This document shows, piece by piece, positions 11,810 through 23,932 of a stretch of 64,000 bases of DNA (position 1 is its first letter; each line of letters opens with the position of its first letter). Below the pieces are notes generated by a model. It saw nothing but the letters and a program-made list of their open reading frames with translations, was not told the origin of the DNA and searched no databases. The DNA lies in assembly GCA_964016885.1 (NCBI GenBank), contig OZ024744.1, forward strand, positions 36,456,001 through 36,520,000, in the 5' to 3' direction. A program made the position numbers and the translations under genes. The DNA comes from Eledone cirrhosa. Its lineage: Eukaryota.

Positions 11810-12396
11810 TGTTGCCAACGTGGGTTAAACCACGGATAGACACCTCAAGCAAGGCTACATATGGGGAGTACATGGTATTAATGTAAAGGGTATGCTCAGG
11901 CCGTATATAGAAAATGCATGCAGGATATACAAAAAAAAAAATGTATGCAGAATATATTAAAAAGTACATAGTGTGAGCTGACAAACAGCAGTAATTTTGC
12001 CGACGGGCAGTGGGAGAGTGACAGCTCACACCCTGATGGTCAGCGGGCTGATACCAGTGGTCAGAATAATGATGATGTCACTAACCAGTGACCGACCCAA
12101 GGACGCGCAAAGCGGATGAAGGTGGACGATAAAGGCTTGTAGGGCCAGAAAACCCCAGAAAGAGGATATGCTCGGAAATCAATAGACGTGTCCGGGTAAC
12201 CTGCGAGTCTAGAGTCAGGTCGATCCACACACAGATCGCACCTCGAGCTGTTCGCCAGGGAACCAATTGTAACACACAATATATAGAGTTCCGATGCATC
12301 ACTGATTTTTCTTTTTCTATTCTACAATACTCTGCTCCGTAGGAGCATAGAGTGCTCAATCGGCATACCGCCTATGGAAGCAACTTAGCTACCATT
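11810..12396 (+). mobile_element. Possible solo LTR or other non-coding interspersed repeat
   Basis: GC-richer non-coding block between microsatellites, starting TGTT; no partner copy or TSD confirmed. Confidence 0.3.
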
Positions 12397-12397
12397 A

Positions 12398-12448
<51 letters not shown>

Positions 12449-12749
12449 TAACCTGAAACATACAGTAAGATATAGAATTTCAGATACAGACCGTATCAAT
12501 AACAATTTCATCTCTAGGACAGATTAGAGATTTAATCTGATTCGCCCTGAAAATTGTGTTTGTAACAGATAATCGGTAGGCATTTCGTAAGCGAGAGATA
12601 AGATCAAATGCAACAAAACACTTTTAACAATAACTCACAGGAGTAAATACACCTCGTGGGTTGTAGGTTATACGTGGTGTGAGTGGTTATGCTAGAAATA
12701 ATAGCCTTATTACACTCAACCTATAAGCTCACCTAGTTAGGGAGCCCAA

Positions 12750-12874
12750 ATACAAATAAAATACAGAGTTATAAACTCATATTGATATTATTATATGATG
12801 CTCAGTATCTATCCTTTGAGCCTGTTAATTGCAGGTTATTAATATGAGTTAATAACTGTGTATTTTATTTGTAT
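12750..12874. repeat. Inverted repeat (~34-bp arms) ending at (TA)n
   Basis: ATACAAATAAAATACAGAGTTATAAACTCATATT / AATATGAGTTAATAACTGTGTATTTTATTTGTAT. Confidence 0.85.
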
Positions 12875-12894
12875 ATATATATATATATATAAAA

Positions 12895-13345
12895 ACAAAT
12901 AACGAAACGAAATTAAATTAAATTTCGTTTCGTTTGTAACTCACTTTTGTATGACTGACGCTTAAACCGGTACGTACTCACGCTCTATGCAAATTAGTCT
13001 GCCGACTACTAATTTTCATAGAAAAAGCATATAACGATATGTGCTTTTACGATTCTCTAGAGAGGCCGGAAGATAGGTAAATATTGCTGATGAGATGTAA
13101 CAACATCGAAACTAGTTCAATATTCCTTGTCTGGCTTTCTGGAGAATAGAGGAAAGGTGTTTCCTCAAAAACCAGTATGACTCTAAAAACCGGCTTGTCT
13201 GTGTGTTTACATACAGAATAGCTGGACACTCACAGTAAAGTGACCAGTGAAAAACTCGGTACATCTACATATGTATACGTGTGTGTAATCATATGCATAC
13301 TAGTATTTCAGTATACATATGTGGATGTACATTTTTAACTTAATT
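12895..13345 (+). mobile_element. Highly diverged sibling of HHR repeat family B
   Basis: Shares AAATTTCGTTTC, TATGCAAATT.G.CT, CATA..AAAG.ATATA blocks and HHR position with family B; (TA)n on both sides. Confidence 0.65.
13080..13124 (+). ncRNA. Canonical minimal type I hammerhead ribozyme
   Basis: AATATTG-CTGATGA-GATGT aaca ACATC-GAAA-CTAG-TT-CAATATT: 7-bp stem I, 5-bp stem II, palindromic stem III. Confidence 0.9.
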
Positions 13346-13364
13346 GTACATTTTTAACTTAATT

Positions 13365-13423
<59 letters not shown>

Positions 13424-13424
<1 letters not shown>

Positions 13425-13872
13425 GTAAGTATGTATGTATACGTACATACATATATGTATACAGACGTACAGTAGTATGTATATATACACATACATGCAC
13501 ACATATATATATGCACATATCAGTTTCATTCTATTCCATTTATCGTTTCCGGTGCGCCCGGCCGACTAAACTCACTCGATATGCAAGTTAGGCTGCCTAG
13601 CCGTTAATATGCATAAGGAAAGTATATACTTTCAGACGTTCAACCATCTGACAGAAAGGTATACGATGCTGACAAACCGAGCATTAAAATAAATGTTCGG
13701 TAAACCGATACGTGCATATATATATATATGTGTGTGCGCGTGTATGTATATATATACATACTACTGTACGTCTGTATACATATATGTATGTACGTATACA
13801 TACATAATACTTACATTTAAGTAACTGCCGTACTAAGAGTGAGAATTGAAATTTCGTTTCATTCTATTCCAT
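13424..13872 (+). mobile_element. Rearranged family B copy with inverted end; HHR deleted
   Basis: First ~90 bp are the reverse complement of 13715-13812; the unit breaks at ...GATGCTGACAA|ACCGAGC. Confidence 0.75.
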
Positions 13873-13927
13873 CTCTCACTCTCTCTATATATATATAGAT
13901 AGATAGTACACACACACTCACACACAG

Positions 13928-13977
<50 letters not shown>

Positions 13978-13987
13978 ACTATCTATC

Positions 13988-14030
<43 letters not shown>

Positions 14031-14032
<2 letters not shown>

Positions 14033-14852
14033 TAGGGCGGGTAAAATTCCTGAGATGGACGAGTTCTCTCCAGCGGTCCCTGTCTCTCATTATCGTTGCC
14101 ATGTCCTGCGTCTCCAATAGACCAGTGTCTGTTCTTAGGGCATCAACATACGTTAACCTTGGTCTTCCCCTTCCAGAGTGTTCATGTAGGGGCTCCCACA
14201 GGAGCACTGAGTGAAATGTCAACTCTGGATGTCGGTGAGCATGTCCAGCTAAGCTCAGTCTCCTCTATGTCACTTTTGATCTGACATTTTGGAGACTCCC
14301 ATACAGCTCTGAGTTTTTCATCCTCAGTGTATATAGATTAATGTTCAGATCCATCCTCTGCATTCTCGTGTAGCACCCATCCAGCATGTGAGTGAGTTTC
14401 TTGGTCAGTGTCCAAGTCTCAGACCCGTACACCAGCACAGACTCCACTACAGCAATGAAGAGGGGGATTTTCAGGTCTTTACGAAGGTGCGACTTCCACA
14501 CCGATCTCAAGCTGAGGCACACCGCCCAGGCTTTGCGCTTCCTCTCAACCACATCATCTTCCGTATTCCCAATCTTTGCTCCCAAATACAGGAAGTGCTC
14601 AACCAATTCTAGTGGCTTCCCGCCTACATTAGTGATCCCGTCTGGCTTCTCAACATTCTCTACCAGATATTTTGTTTTAGTTTCATTTATTCTCAGCCCC
14701 ACACTCATCGACACAGTCTCAACCTCCTGCATTAAATCATCTGCCTCCTTCACTGTATTTGTCACCAAAACTATGTCGTCGGTAAATTCAGCATCTGATA
14801 TCTTTTTCGCCTTAACTCTCCTGCTCTGAGCCGGTGCTACAGTAAAGCCAGA
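14031..14852 (-). mobile_element. RTE-like LINE, 3' fragment
   Basis: FLYLG, ESVLVYGSETWTL, LDGCYTRM, GRGRPRLTYVD; 3' end runs into (TA)n. Confidence 0.8.
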
Positions 14853-14855
14853 GTA

Positions 14856-17800
14856 TAGTAATAATAATAAATTTGAAGACTAAAATCCAAAGAGTGCTCG
14901 ATAAGGATAAATATATATCAAATATATAAGAACCGTAGTGCAAATATTTATTAAAATAACAGATTAAAGTTTAAGCAAAGAATCGCTGCTTTCACCCTTA
15001 ACGAGATCTTCTGAAACTAAAAAAATCAATCTGTGAACGCAGAAGTAAATATTTCAAAAAAGCCGAAGGAAGACAGGAAGACGATACTTTGGTTCGTGGA
15101 GACGTTCCCTGGCAAAGAACGAAAAAAACGAAGATAATACGTCATTATGTTGGGCGATGAGAATAATTACACGCAAAGATAAAACCACGTTTATGGTATA
15201 ACTGAAGTCGTAGACTAAAATTCTATTTAGGAAACCGAATGATTCTCGGCTTCAGAGTTAAGAATAATGTAAATAAATTACAGAGGTTATTGAAATCAAC
15301 AATAATTAAATATATACATGCACACCTCCATATACGTACATTCACATGCATACGCGAAAACACCCATCATGGGTAAGCAAATACAGGCACGTACACAAAA
15401 ACACGCGCACATATACAAAAACCCATGCAACGTATGTACCCCACACATACAAACGTATACACCAAATACACATAAAACATATAAAAATATATATATATAT
15501 ATATATGCGTGTGTGTGTGTGCGTGTATACATATAATTATATAAACGTATATAAATGTACACGCATAAATACGTATATATTGCGCGCACACACATACCTA
15601 CATATAAGTACATATATGTACGCTAAACGTACGTCAACCAAAACACAAAGTATACATATACCCACACCCTACATACGTGCAAACCCGCATACACATACAA
15701 ACGCAAAGCTCACGTATACACATAACCATATACACATGTACCAGTATATATAATATAATATATACGCCTATAACAAATACAAGCAAATATACGTACAACA
15801 AAGTATACGTACCTTCACAAAACATACAGGTAAAATATACTTACCTATACAAATAAGTAATGGTATAAAAGACGTAAAATATCCGCGTATAGTTCGTACT
15901 ATCCGTTAGGGTATAATGTGGGGCTGTAATACAAGAAAGTTTTGTACAATTTATGTTTACAAGCCGAAATTGCCTCAGATTTTTTTTTTATGATGTGGTC
16001 ATTGGTGTAGAGTATTTCCAGGGCTTCAGCGGCGCAGAGGTCACATGGTCTTTTATTTCCGTTATACGATCTAGCCTAAGCTAGGATCTCCCAGGGTAAC
16101 CTATATTGGGTGTGGTTGTCTTTTAGACTCCAGATATAAGCTGAAAGTGACGTCATATTCCTTCTTAAAGGGTGAAGAAAAGAATGGGCATGCATGTAAA
16201 GACACTGCTTGAATTTATTGGCTGCTAACCTTATGTAGGCCCTACGGGACGTGGGTGTTTCAACCTTACATTTGTAGACAATGTTACTAGAGAGGCATAA
16301 CCCGGTTAGGCGGCAGTCAACCCGATTCCTACAATTACAGTTAGTACTAGCGACAGGGTTTCACGTTTACCTACGGCCAGGTAATTTAGCTAAATTTGAA
16401 GCAGTGATGTTATGTGCAAGGGTAGGTGTCGTAGAGTAAGGAATTTTAATGGCATTTCTATTTAAAAATTTATTATGTTTATGTGCAGGACCGAAAGGCT
16501 TCGTAATAAGGGAGAGAAAGATTTTAGCCAATGGTGTGGCCACCTCCATATTATATTGTGGGTTATACCATATATGCTCATACTCGGTATATGCTACCTT
16601 ATCGACAAATCCACTCCGAGCAAGAACATGATTGTAATATGTGGAATGGTCGGTGAAAATATGCTCGTTTGTAGATAGACGGGAAAGGTTCAAAGAAACG
16701 TTTCTTACCAGGTTCTTGGTTATGATGGCAGGATGGTCAGTATGCTTACTTATGTAATTAAGCGTATCATTCGGCTTTCTATACGGGTAGTGCAAGTCAT
16801 TCGACAAATTGAGGGTAACGTCAAAATAATTAACGAACGAGAGGTTGGCCTCAACTTGTATGGAGAGGTCGAAGCCTTTAAAGAAGGCTGTGAGTTCTTT
16901 TCTGAACATGTCGCAAACACGTGGCCGCACTTTGTCATGGTCAAAAGACCGTCATCACACTACAAATCACCGCCCACGTTGGGGAATTCTTCCTTGATAG
17001 AGAAAAGAAGGAAAAGGCCGATAAGATCACTAACCTCCGCAGAATCGCTGGCGCCCATACTCACGTCGAATGGGGTGCTATTATATTTTTTAATCCAAAT
17101 AGTGTCGTCGAAATTAATCACCGACTTTCGGGCATTGAGGATGACATAAACTTCGAAATCCTTAACTACCGTGAGCGTTTTAGCGAAAATGATAGCTCTA
17201 AGAAGAAGTGGTAAAGTGATGGAGGAGTAGTAATTATTGATGTTGAATTGGATAAAACGGCAATGTTCCTTGTTACATATGCCGTTGAACCAATAAATCA
17301 CCACGAAAGAATTATTCCACAGTGCAAGAGGGGCCAAGATTCTAATTTCATGTATAATTCTATCTAAAATCCTATTATTAAGTCTACCTAAATCGGACTT
17401 CGTAGGGTTAATAAGCCGAATAGAGGGGTTTCTCGGGAAATTGGATTTTTTATCCTTCAGGGTAAAGTGGGGAGAAATAGGATCCAGAGGTTCAGTCCGG
17501 TCCAGGATGTTGAGATCAGAGGTGATTTTGAACCCAGCATCGTTGAAGTCATTAATGACACTCCGATTAGTTTTACGGTAATCTTTAGTTACAGTATTAT
17601 GTAGTAGTTGATGGTAAGTACTGCGCTCCACTTGATATAGGTTGCCTGTTTTGTCGGAGTGGACGTGCACGGCGTTAGAATCCTTAATAGAACGAATTCT
17701 ATTCTTCAGGTCCTGCTGGAAGGAATTGCTCCTATTCCGCAATTTGATACTCCGTATGAGTTCCAAGACATTATTTTCGAAGGGTAGCAATGCTGGGTTA

Positions 17801-18153
17801 CTCGGAGGGTTATTGAAAGGTTTTAAACCCAAATTTATTCTGTTTGTTGTCCGCTTTTCCCTGATTATCGAAATAAAGGGCACGCCAACGCAACCTTTTA
17901 ATGAACGCGTCTGTTTTCTGTATCAGGAGTTTTAGGTATGTTTTCCTGCTTGGTACGGGTATGTTCTTTGTAGAAATATTCAGATGTTGTTTCTGCATGA
18001 TGAATATAAGTCAATAGAGTGCTCAACCGAGGGAGCCAAATAGTAATAATAATACATTTGAAGACTAAAATCCGAAGAGGGGTCGATAAGGATAAATATA
18101 TATCAAATATATAAGAACCGTAAACCAAATATTTATAAAAATAACAGATTAAA
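14856..18153 (-). mobile_element. Decayed Penelope-like element (KNIP/CxC type, probably Hydra-like lineage) with ~110-bp direct terminal repeats
   Basis: STKNIPVPS N-terminus, DKTGN, RLINPTKSDLG, FDVSMGASDSAEV, VNYFDVTL; 16170-16350 translates to CNCRNRVDCRLTGLCLSSNIVYKCKV..AYI (GIY-YIG); 14856-14968 repeats at 18041-18153. Confidence 0.85.
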
Positions 18154-18457
18154 ATATTCACAGTTTTTTTGTTTTGTGTTTACTGTCTGAACTTTAAATA
18201 TATATATATATATATACATATATAATTTTAACGCCACCTTATAACTTTAAAAGCTTCTTCGATTACAAGCAATACATGCAAGGAAAGTATATACTTTTTT
18301 CCAAAAGTTCCCCTATCAAGTATTTTTCTTACGCACCTACATGACTGGGAAAATTAACCATACATATATTTCTAAGTGTATACTGTGATATTTACCTTAT
18401 CTCTCCAACTACATAAACATACATATATATACATATGTGTGTGTGTGTGTGTGCATT

Positions 18458-18488
<31 letters not shown>

Positions 18489-18542
18489 TTATATATATAT
18501 ATTTATATATATGTACATATATATGTATGCATATATATATCT

Positions 18543-18579
<37 letters not shown>

Positions 18580-19018
18580 CATACATGCATATATATGTAT
18601 AATCAACATTTATAAAATCATACATACATAAATTCATACATACATACATACATTCATACGTACATACATACATAGACACATGCACACAGATTCTTATAAC
18701 GATATGCATATATGTACATGTATATTAATAAATAAAAATGTCGGTATTTGTCACTTTGTAACCATTATAAGTAAAAATTCGAATAACAGTTTTTCTTTAC
18801 ATTTCCACTTTCAATCTGTATCTCACAATCTGTGAGAGAGGATTGATATACGTAAAGAAAATTATAGAAATAGAAAATACTATTTAAAAAAAGAAGTATA
18901 GAGGAAAAAAAACCCCACAACAACCACTACAACAACAACAATAATATATTTCGCAAAGTTGAAATGCTAAACTGTAGCACCTTTACACTTTATTTAAAAG
19001 TGACTTGAAAAAATCGAT

Positions 19019-19104
<86 letters not shown>

Positions 19105-19127
19105 ACATATATATATATACATATATA

Positions 19128-19249
<122 letters not shown>

Positions 19250-19614
19250 CAAGGAATTGACTGCTGTTTCTAGTTGTCGAATACCTATTCACGCCACTGA
19301 GACGAGACTGCTGTCATGTGTAAGAGCAACACGTGGTAGCGGCCAATTGGAGATTTGAACTCGCTGTGTAAGCATGGATGGCTGGACATTATTATTCTTC
19401 CTTGTTGATAATCCAATAATATCCACTTTCCGTGACTTACCATCTGATTAACTGGTGAAATATATTTCTTTAATGGAATATATACAGGGAAGATTAATCA
19501 TATTAAAAGGTATCTATTTATTTGTTACCCAACTAGCTATGCGTGGTTACACGCTTGTAAAAATTATCTCCTGTGATTATTCATGTTTATATATGTTGAT
19601 CAATTTCTAATTAT

Positions 19615-19719
<105 letters not shown>

Positions 19720-19974
19720 TATAGTTTTGCGAGGTTTTTTATATGAAATCGTGTGTCGAAACAGATATTGTTATATTTGGGGAGGGTCATATTTGCGTAA
19801 TATTGCCAGAATTAATAACAGAACACACTCACTGTTTGGTTGGTTTTCGCTTCTCGCTGTCTTTTATATATATATATCTGCGATCTAACTTACTCGGTCC
19901 TCAATGTTGCCATTGACTGACCGGCGGTCAAAAATAATACAGATACAATATAGACAAACACATATATATATAGT

Positions 19975-20020
19975 TTACATAAATCTTTCGTTGCACATCT
20001 GCAACATCGTCAGTGGTGTT
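19975..20020 (-). ncRNA. Hammerhead-like motif in the PLE pLTR (also 24117-24162 minus and 24801-24846 plus)
   Basis: CTGACGA-t GTTGCA gatg TGCAAC-GAAA-GATT-TA-TGT; core and stem II are clear, stem I is weak. Confidence 0.5.
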
Positions 20021-20299
20021 GTATTCATTGTTCCTCCTGTTGTGTTGTATGTCTACGCCATTTTTTTTTTTTTTTTTGTTCAGTCTGTCTATATATTTAT
20101 TTATTTATTTGCTTGTTTGTTTATCTTATTTTATTTTGTCTTCTTTGCGCATGCGTTTGCGTGTGTGTATAGTGTTATGTGTGATGTGTGATGTGTGACT
20201 AGTGTGTATAGTGTTGTCTGCTGGGTGACTAGTGTGTGTTTATGTGCTTGTGTATGTATTTATTTATCTTATTTTATTTAATTTAATTTACTTATTTAT

Positions 20300-23200
20300 T
20301 TATACTTCTCTTAGGTCAGTGTTGTTTGTTTGGGTGTTGTTGTTGTTCCACTCATTCTTTCTGTTTAGCTTTGGTCTTCTAATTTCTATTTCACTGGCCT
20401 CTCTGATTTGCCTATCTGCTGGGTCATTCCTATGTTTAGATATTATTCTAATTTCTATGTTGTCTATGTTACCGTCATGATGTTGTCTAGCATGTTCGTA
20501 TAGTACTGACCCGTTTTTTCGTCCTTTTAGTTCCCCCCAGTGTTGGTCTATCCTTTCACCTATGCTACGAGCTGTCTCACCTATGTATGTTGTTGTCGTG
20601 TTTCTGCAAGTACCCTCTGTACATCTTATGCTATAGACTACGTTTCTAGTTTTACAGTTTATCCGGGGGTTCACCTTACATATGATACATTTCCTATTGG
20701 TACAGTGGGTTTTCTTAAAAGGGTAGGTTTTGCTGATCAGGGATTTTATGGTGGTTCCTGGCTTTTCTACCACCTTTATTTTTAAGTGGGTCTTTCTCAG
20801 GGCCTTTCTACACTGGTTAGCTAATTTCCCTCCAGGGGTGGCGTCCACAAACATGACACTCTGATATCTCTGGTTGTCGTACCATGATGTGGCCTTCCCT
20901 ATCTTATGTCTAGCCCTATCTAAGCTATTCCATGATTTGCTCCTGTATAGTGGGCAAATTCCTTTCATGTCCAGTTCTATGAGGGTCTTATACTTTTCCA
21001 TGGCTCCTTCGTATACTCTGACTCTGTCTCTTTGGTTGTAGCCAGAGAACTGCATGCGGTTGATGAAGTGTTGGATGTGTCCTTCCATTTCTGTTGGGTC
21101 GCACATGCTGGACACATTCTTCATCACTCGTACCAAATCTGCGATCAGAATATTAAACTTAGCACTACTGGACATTGCTGAGTTTTTGAGTATCAGGTAT
21201 TTGGAGGCCATGGGTTTAGCATAGTGTGAGTGGAGAATTTGGGCTCTCTCGTCTATAGTGTTAATCCAGAGTTCTGTGTCTAATACAGGTAGTCTATTGT
21301 TAGGGTGTTTGGAAGGGAAGTCTATAGTTACAGTTATACTCTGGTGTATGGAATTAGCTATCTGCTGGATGCTTTCCATCGTGCTACGTTCTAAATCAAA
21401 CTTGTTAGTGCTCTCTAGTGGGGGTGTTCTTATAACTATATTGATATCGTCTACATAACGAGAGTACATGATGAGGTCTATGGAGCTTTCATTAAGGAGA
21501 TCTTTAAGTCTCCTTTCCCACCATACCATGAAAAGGTTGGCAACATCGCCAGCTATGCTGACGCCGATGGCTGCTCCCTCATTTTGGGTGTAGATTTTCT
21601 CATTGAACTTAAATATGTGGCCCTTTAGGGTAGTTTTGATACTAGCCCCTATTGCATGTGCGACCATTTTTCTTACCTGATCAGTGTTTTGGGGGGTCCG
21701 TATAGCTTTGGTCCACCCAATCCACCTTCCTATGGGAGTCTTTTTAGCCATTGAGGTTATGGTGGGGGGTCTACCTCTTATAGGTCTACTAGGGCAGAAA
21801 CATCTAAGGTCATGGCTGTCTAGGTAGTCAGTGTCGTAGGTAAGTCTAAGTAGGAGGCCCAGTTCGTCTGTGTCGACGTCGCAGAACTCCACCTCACTCT
21901 CAATGATCATCTCCACACATCTTTTCACAGCAAAATCAATGTTAATGGATGGGTACAGTGACACCACATCCATGCTGCCTATTATGCAGTTGGATAGGCT
22001 CCTGTTTTTGTTGCACTCACTGATTCTGCTGAGGAGGTCCTCTGTACTTTCACATACATCTGGGGACATCTTGATTATGGGGCGTATAACCATTGAGAGG
22101 AAGTAGGAGATCCTGTAGTTGCTAGCTATATTAGCTCCGCATACAGGTCTTGTTGGTGGTCCTATTGTCGGGTCGTCGACTGTCTTGTGGTCTTTGCGGA
22201 GCCCATACAAGGGTGGTATGCCATTGTTAGACGCCTGGAAGTTGTTGGCAGTGCGTCTGCTTGGCTTTAGGATGTCAGTCCACATCATCATGTGAGCGTT
22301 GAGGATTTTTTCTCTCCCATCGTGTGTTAGTTGTGCAACTTCGCTCGTGTTGGTGATGTGGGGTTGCATTGCCTCGATGTAGTTCGGCATGCTATCTATT
22401 GACATCCTACCAGACTTATCTGTGGGTAGACACACTACCTCACCATCCCTTGTGCGCTGCTTGAGGCTAACCAAGCCTTCTACAGGTTTTATCCCAAGTT
22501 GTTGGGCCTCTGGTCTGCTCTGTCTCATAGTGTACCTGTCTACTACTTGTCTAATCTTATTTCTAGCTATGGTGAACTGTGCCTCCGTCTCGTCATCTAT
22601 TTGTTGTGGTATGCAAACTCTTTTATTAAAGGGTAACCTCGTAGGATAGATATTACCCATCTTATATGTTTTGTCAGCTGGGTTGAAAAATAGTTTCTCT
22701 AAGGGGTTGTCGTTATTTCTATCGTCATAGTTGTGTGTGTTGCTATTATTGTTATCATGGTGGTTGTTGTTGTTTCTATCCTTAGCATTAATATTATTAT
22801 TGTTATGATTGCTAGATGTATTGTTGTTTACTTCACCGTTATTGTTGTTGTTACTGCTATTTCTACCATTGTGGTTGTTACTATTATTATGTTTCTTGTT
22901 TTTGTTGATGTTGCTACATGTACTATTTCCATTATTACCACTGTGGTTATTGTTGTTGTTGTTGTTCGTATTGTTACCGTTATTACTACTGTGGTCACTG
23001 TTGCTGTGTCTGTGGTTAACGTTTCTATTATTATTATTATTGTGGTTGTTGTTGTTCTGTCTATCGCTAGTATTATTACCATTATCACTATTTCTCACTT
23101 TCCTGCCATTGTTATGGTTATGGCTGTTATTTCTATACCCAGAGTTATTGTTTATATTACTACTACCGTTATTATTGTTGTTGTTGTTGTTTACCTTTGC

Positions 23201-23932
23201 ATTCCAACGTATTTTTGTGAAACACTTTTCCAGCTCCGTTTTGCATTCCATAGGATTAATCTTTTTGTAGATGGCAAATTTTGGTGGTAACTTTAGGATT
23301 TGTTGTTCTTGTTCACTGATTAAAGTGTTCCCATAGATATTTACTGTGTGGTCATTGGTAAATTCTTCCGGTAGTTTTACATCACTCATACGGATGTTGT
23401 CGATGTTATCTGGGTATTTTTGAGAATATTCGATTTTCCTTTCTTGTAGTTTTTTCTTATTCATCCATTCTAATTTCTTCTTGAAATGCCTACAGCATTC
23501 GTTTTGAGCATATTTCGTTTCGCGTCGGATGACGCTCATGAAGTCATCTCTCTCGTTTGCTGTGATGAGATTTCGGATTTCCTTACCGTTGATGCGTTTT
23601 TGTCTGTAGAGTGCGTTGACTTTTGTGTATGTTGTTCTTTTCATATTAACTGTTATTGTGTGTTTTAGCCGTTCAGCTTGTGTTTTGTTCAATAATAAAT
23701 TATTTACTTGTTTTGATATGTTTGTTGTGTATGTTTTGGAGGAAACACAGTGTTTTAAGAAGCGGATTTGTTCTGTTGTTATTGTAGTTTTTATATAACA
23801 GAAAACAGTGTCTTTCAATAACCTTTCAGCTTGGCACAAGCTAATGCCATAGCGGCGATGAATTAGTTTTGCGAGGTTTTTTATATGAAATCGTGTGTCG
23901 AAACAGATATTGTTATATTTGGGGAGGGTCAT
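20300..23932 (-). CDS. PLE polyprotein: N-terminal region, Asn-rich insert, reverse transcriptase, Cys linker, GIY-YIG endonuclease (1210 aa)
   Basis: PTDKSG, LYGLRKDHK, RPV, SMDVVSLYPSI, QNEGAAIG, YSRYVDD, LPVLD; CTNRKCIIC; NVVYSIRC...YIGETAR..ERIDQH...RQIREA..I...PKLN. Confidence 0.93.
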   Translation of the reverse strand: MTLPKYNNICFDTRFHIKNLAKLIHRRYGISLCQAERLLKDTVFCYIKTTITTEQIRFLKHCVSSKTYTTNISKQVNNLLLNKTQAERLKHTITVNMKRTTYTKVNALYRQKRINGKEIRNLITANERDDFMSVIRRETKYAQNECCRHFKKKLEWMNKKKLQERKIEYSQKYPDNIDNIRMSDVKLPEEFTNDHTVNIYGNTLISEQEQQILKLPPKFAIYKKINPMECKTELEKCFTKIRWNAKVNNNNNNNNGSSNINNNSGYRNNSHNHNNGRKVRNSDNGNNTSDRQNNNNHNNNNNRNVNHRHSNSDHSSNNGNNTNNNNNNNHSGNNGNSTCSNINKNKKHNNSNNHNGRNSSNNNNNGEVNNNTSSNHNNNNINAKDRNNNNHHDNNNSNTHNYDDRNNDNPLEKLFFNPADKTYKMGNIYPTRLPFNKRVCIPQQIDDETEAQFTIARNKIRQVVDRYTMRQSRPEAQQLGIKPVEGLVSLKQRTRDGEVVCLPTDKSGRMSIDSMPNYIEAMQPHITNTSEVAQLTHDGREKILNAHMMMWTDILKPSRRTANNFQASNNGIPPLYGLRKDHKTVDDPTIGPPTRPVCGANIASNYRISYFLSMVIRPIIKMSPDVCESTEDLLSRISECNKNRSLSNCIIGSMDVVSLYPSINIDFAVKRCVEMIIESEVEFCDVDTDELGLLLRLTYDTDYLDSHDLRCFCPSRPIRGRPPTITSMAKKTPIGRWIGWTKAIRTPQNTDQVRKMVAHAIGASIKTTLKGHIFKFNEKIYTQNEGAAIGVSIAGDVANLFMVWWERRLKDLLNESSIDLIMYSRYVDDINIVIRTPPLESTNKFDLERSTMESIQQIANSIHQSITVTIDFPSKHPNNRLPVLDTELWINTIDERAQILHSHYAKPMASKYLILKNSAMSSSAKFNILIADLVRVMKNVSSMCDPTEMEGHIQHFINRMQFSGYNQRDRVRVYEGAMEKYKTLIELDMKGICPLYRSKSWNSLDRARHKIGKATSWYDNQRYQSVMFVDATPGGKLANQCRKALRKTHLKIKVVEKPGTTIKSLISKTYPFKKTHCTNRKCIICKVNPRINCKTRNVVYSIRCTEGTCRNTTTTYIGETARSIGERIDQHWGELKGRKNGSVLYEHARQHHDGNIDNIEIRIISKHRNDPADRQIREASEIEIRRPKLNRKNEWNNNNTQTNNTDLREV

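Noticed and set aside
14980-15020. Degenerate HHR (CAGAAGA..GAAA) beside the 3' terminal repeat of the decayed PLE
   Set aside because: Position is plausible, but core, cleavage triplet and stem I are all broken
19436-19476. CTGATTA..GAAATATATT
   Set aside because: No proper stem II or adjacent stem I
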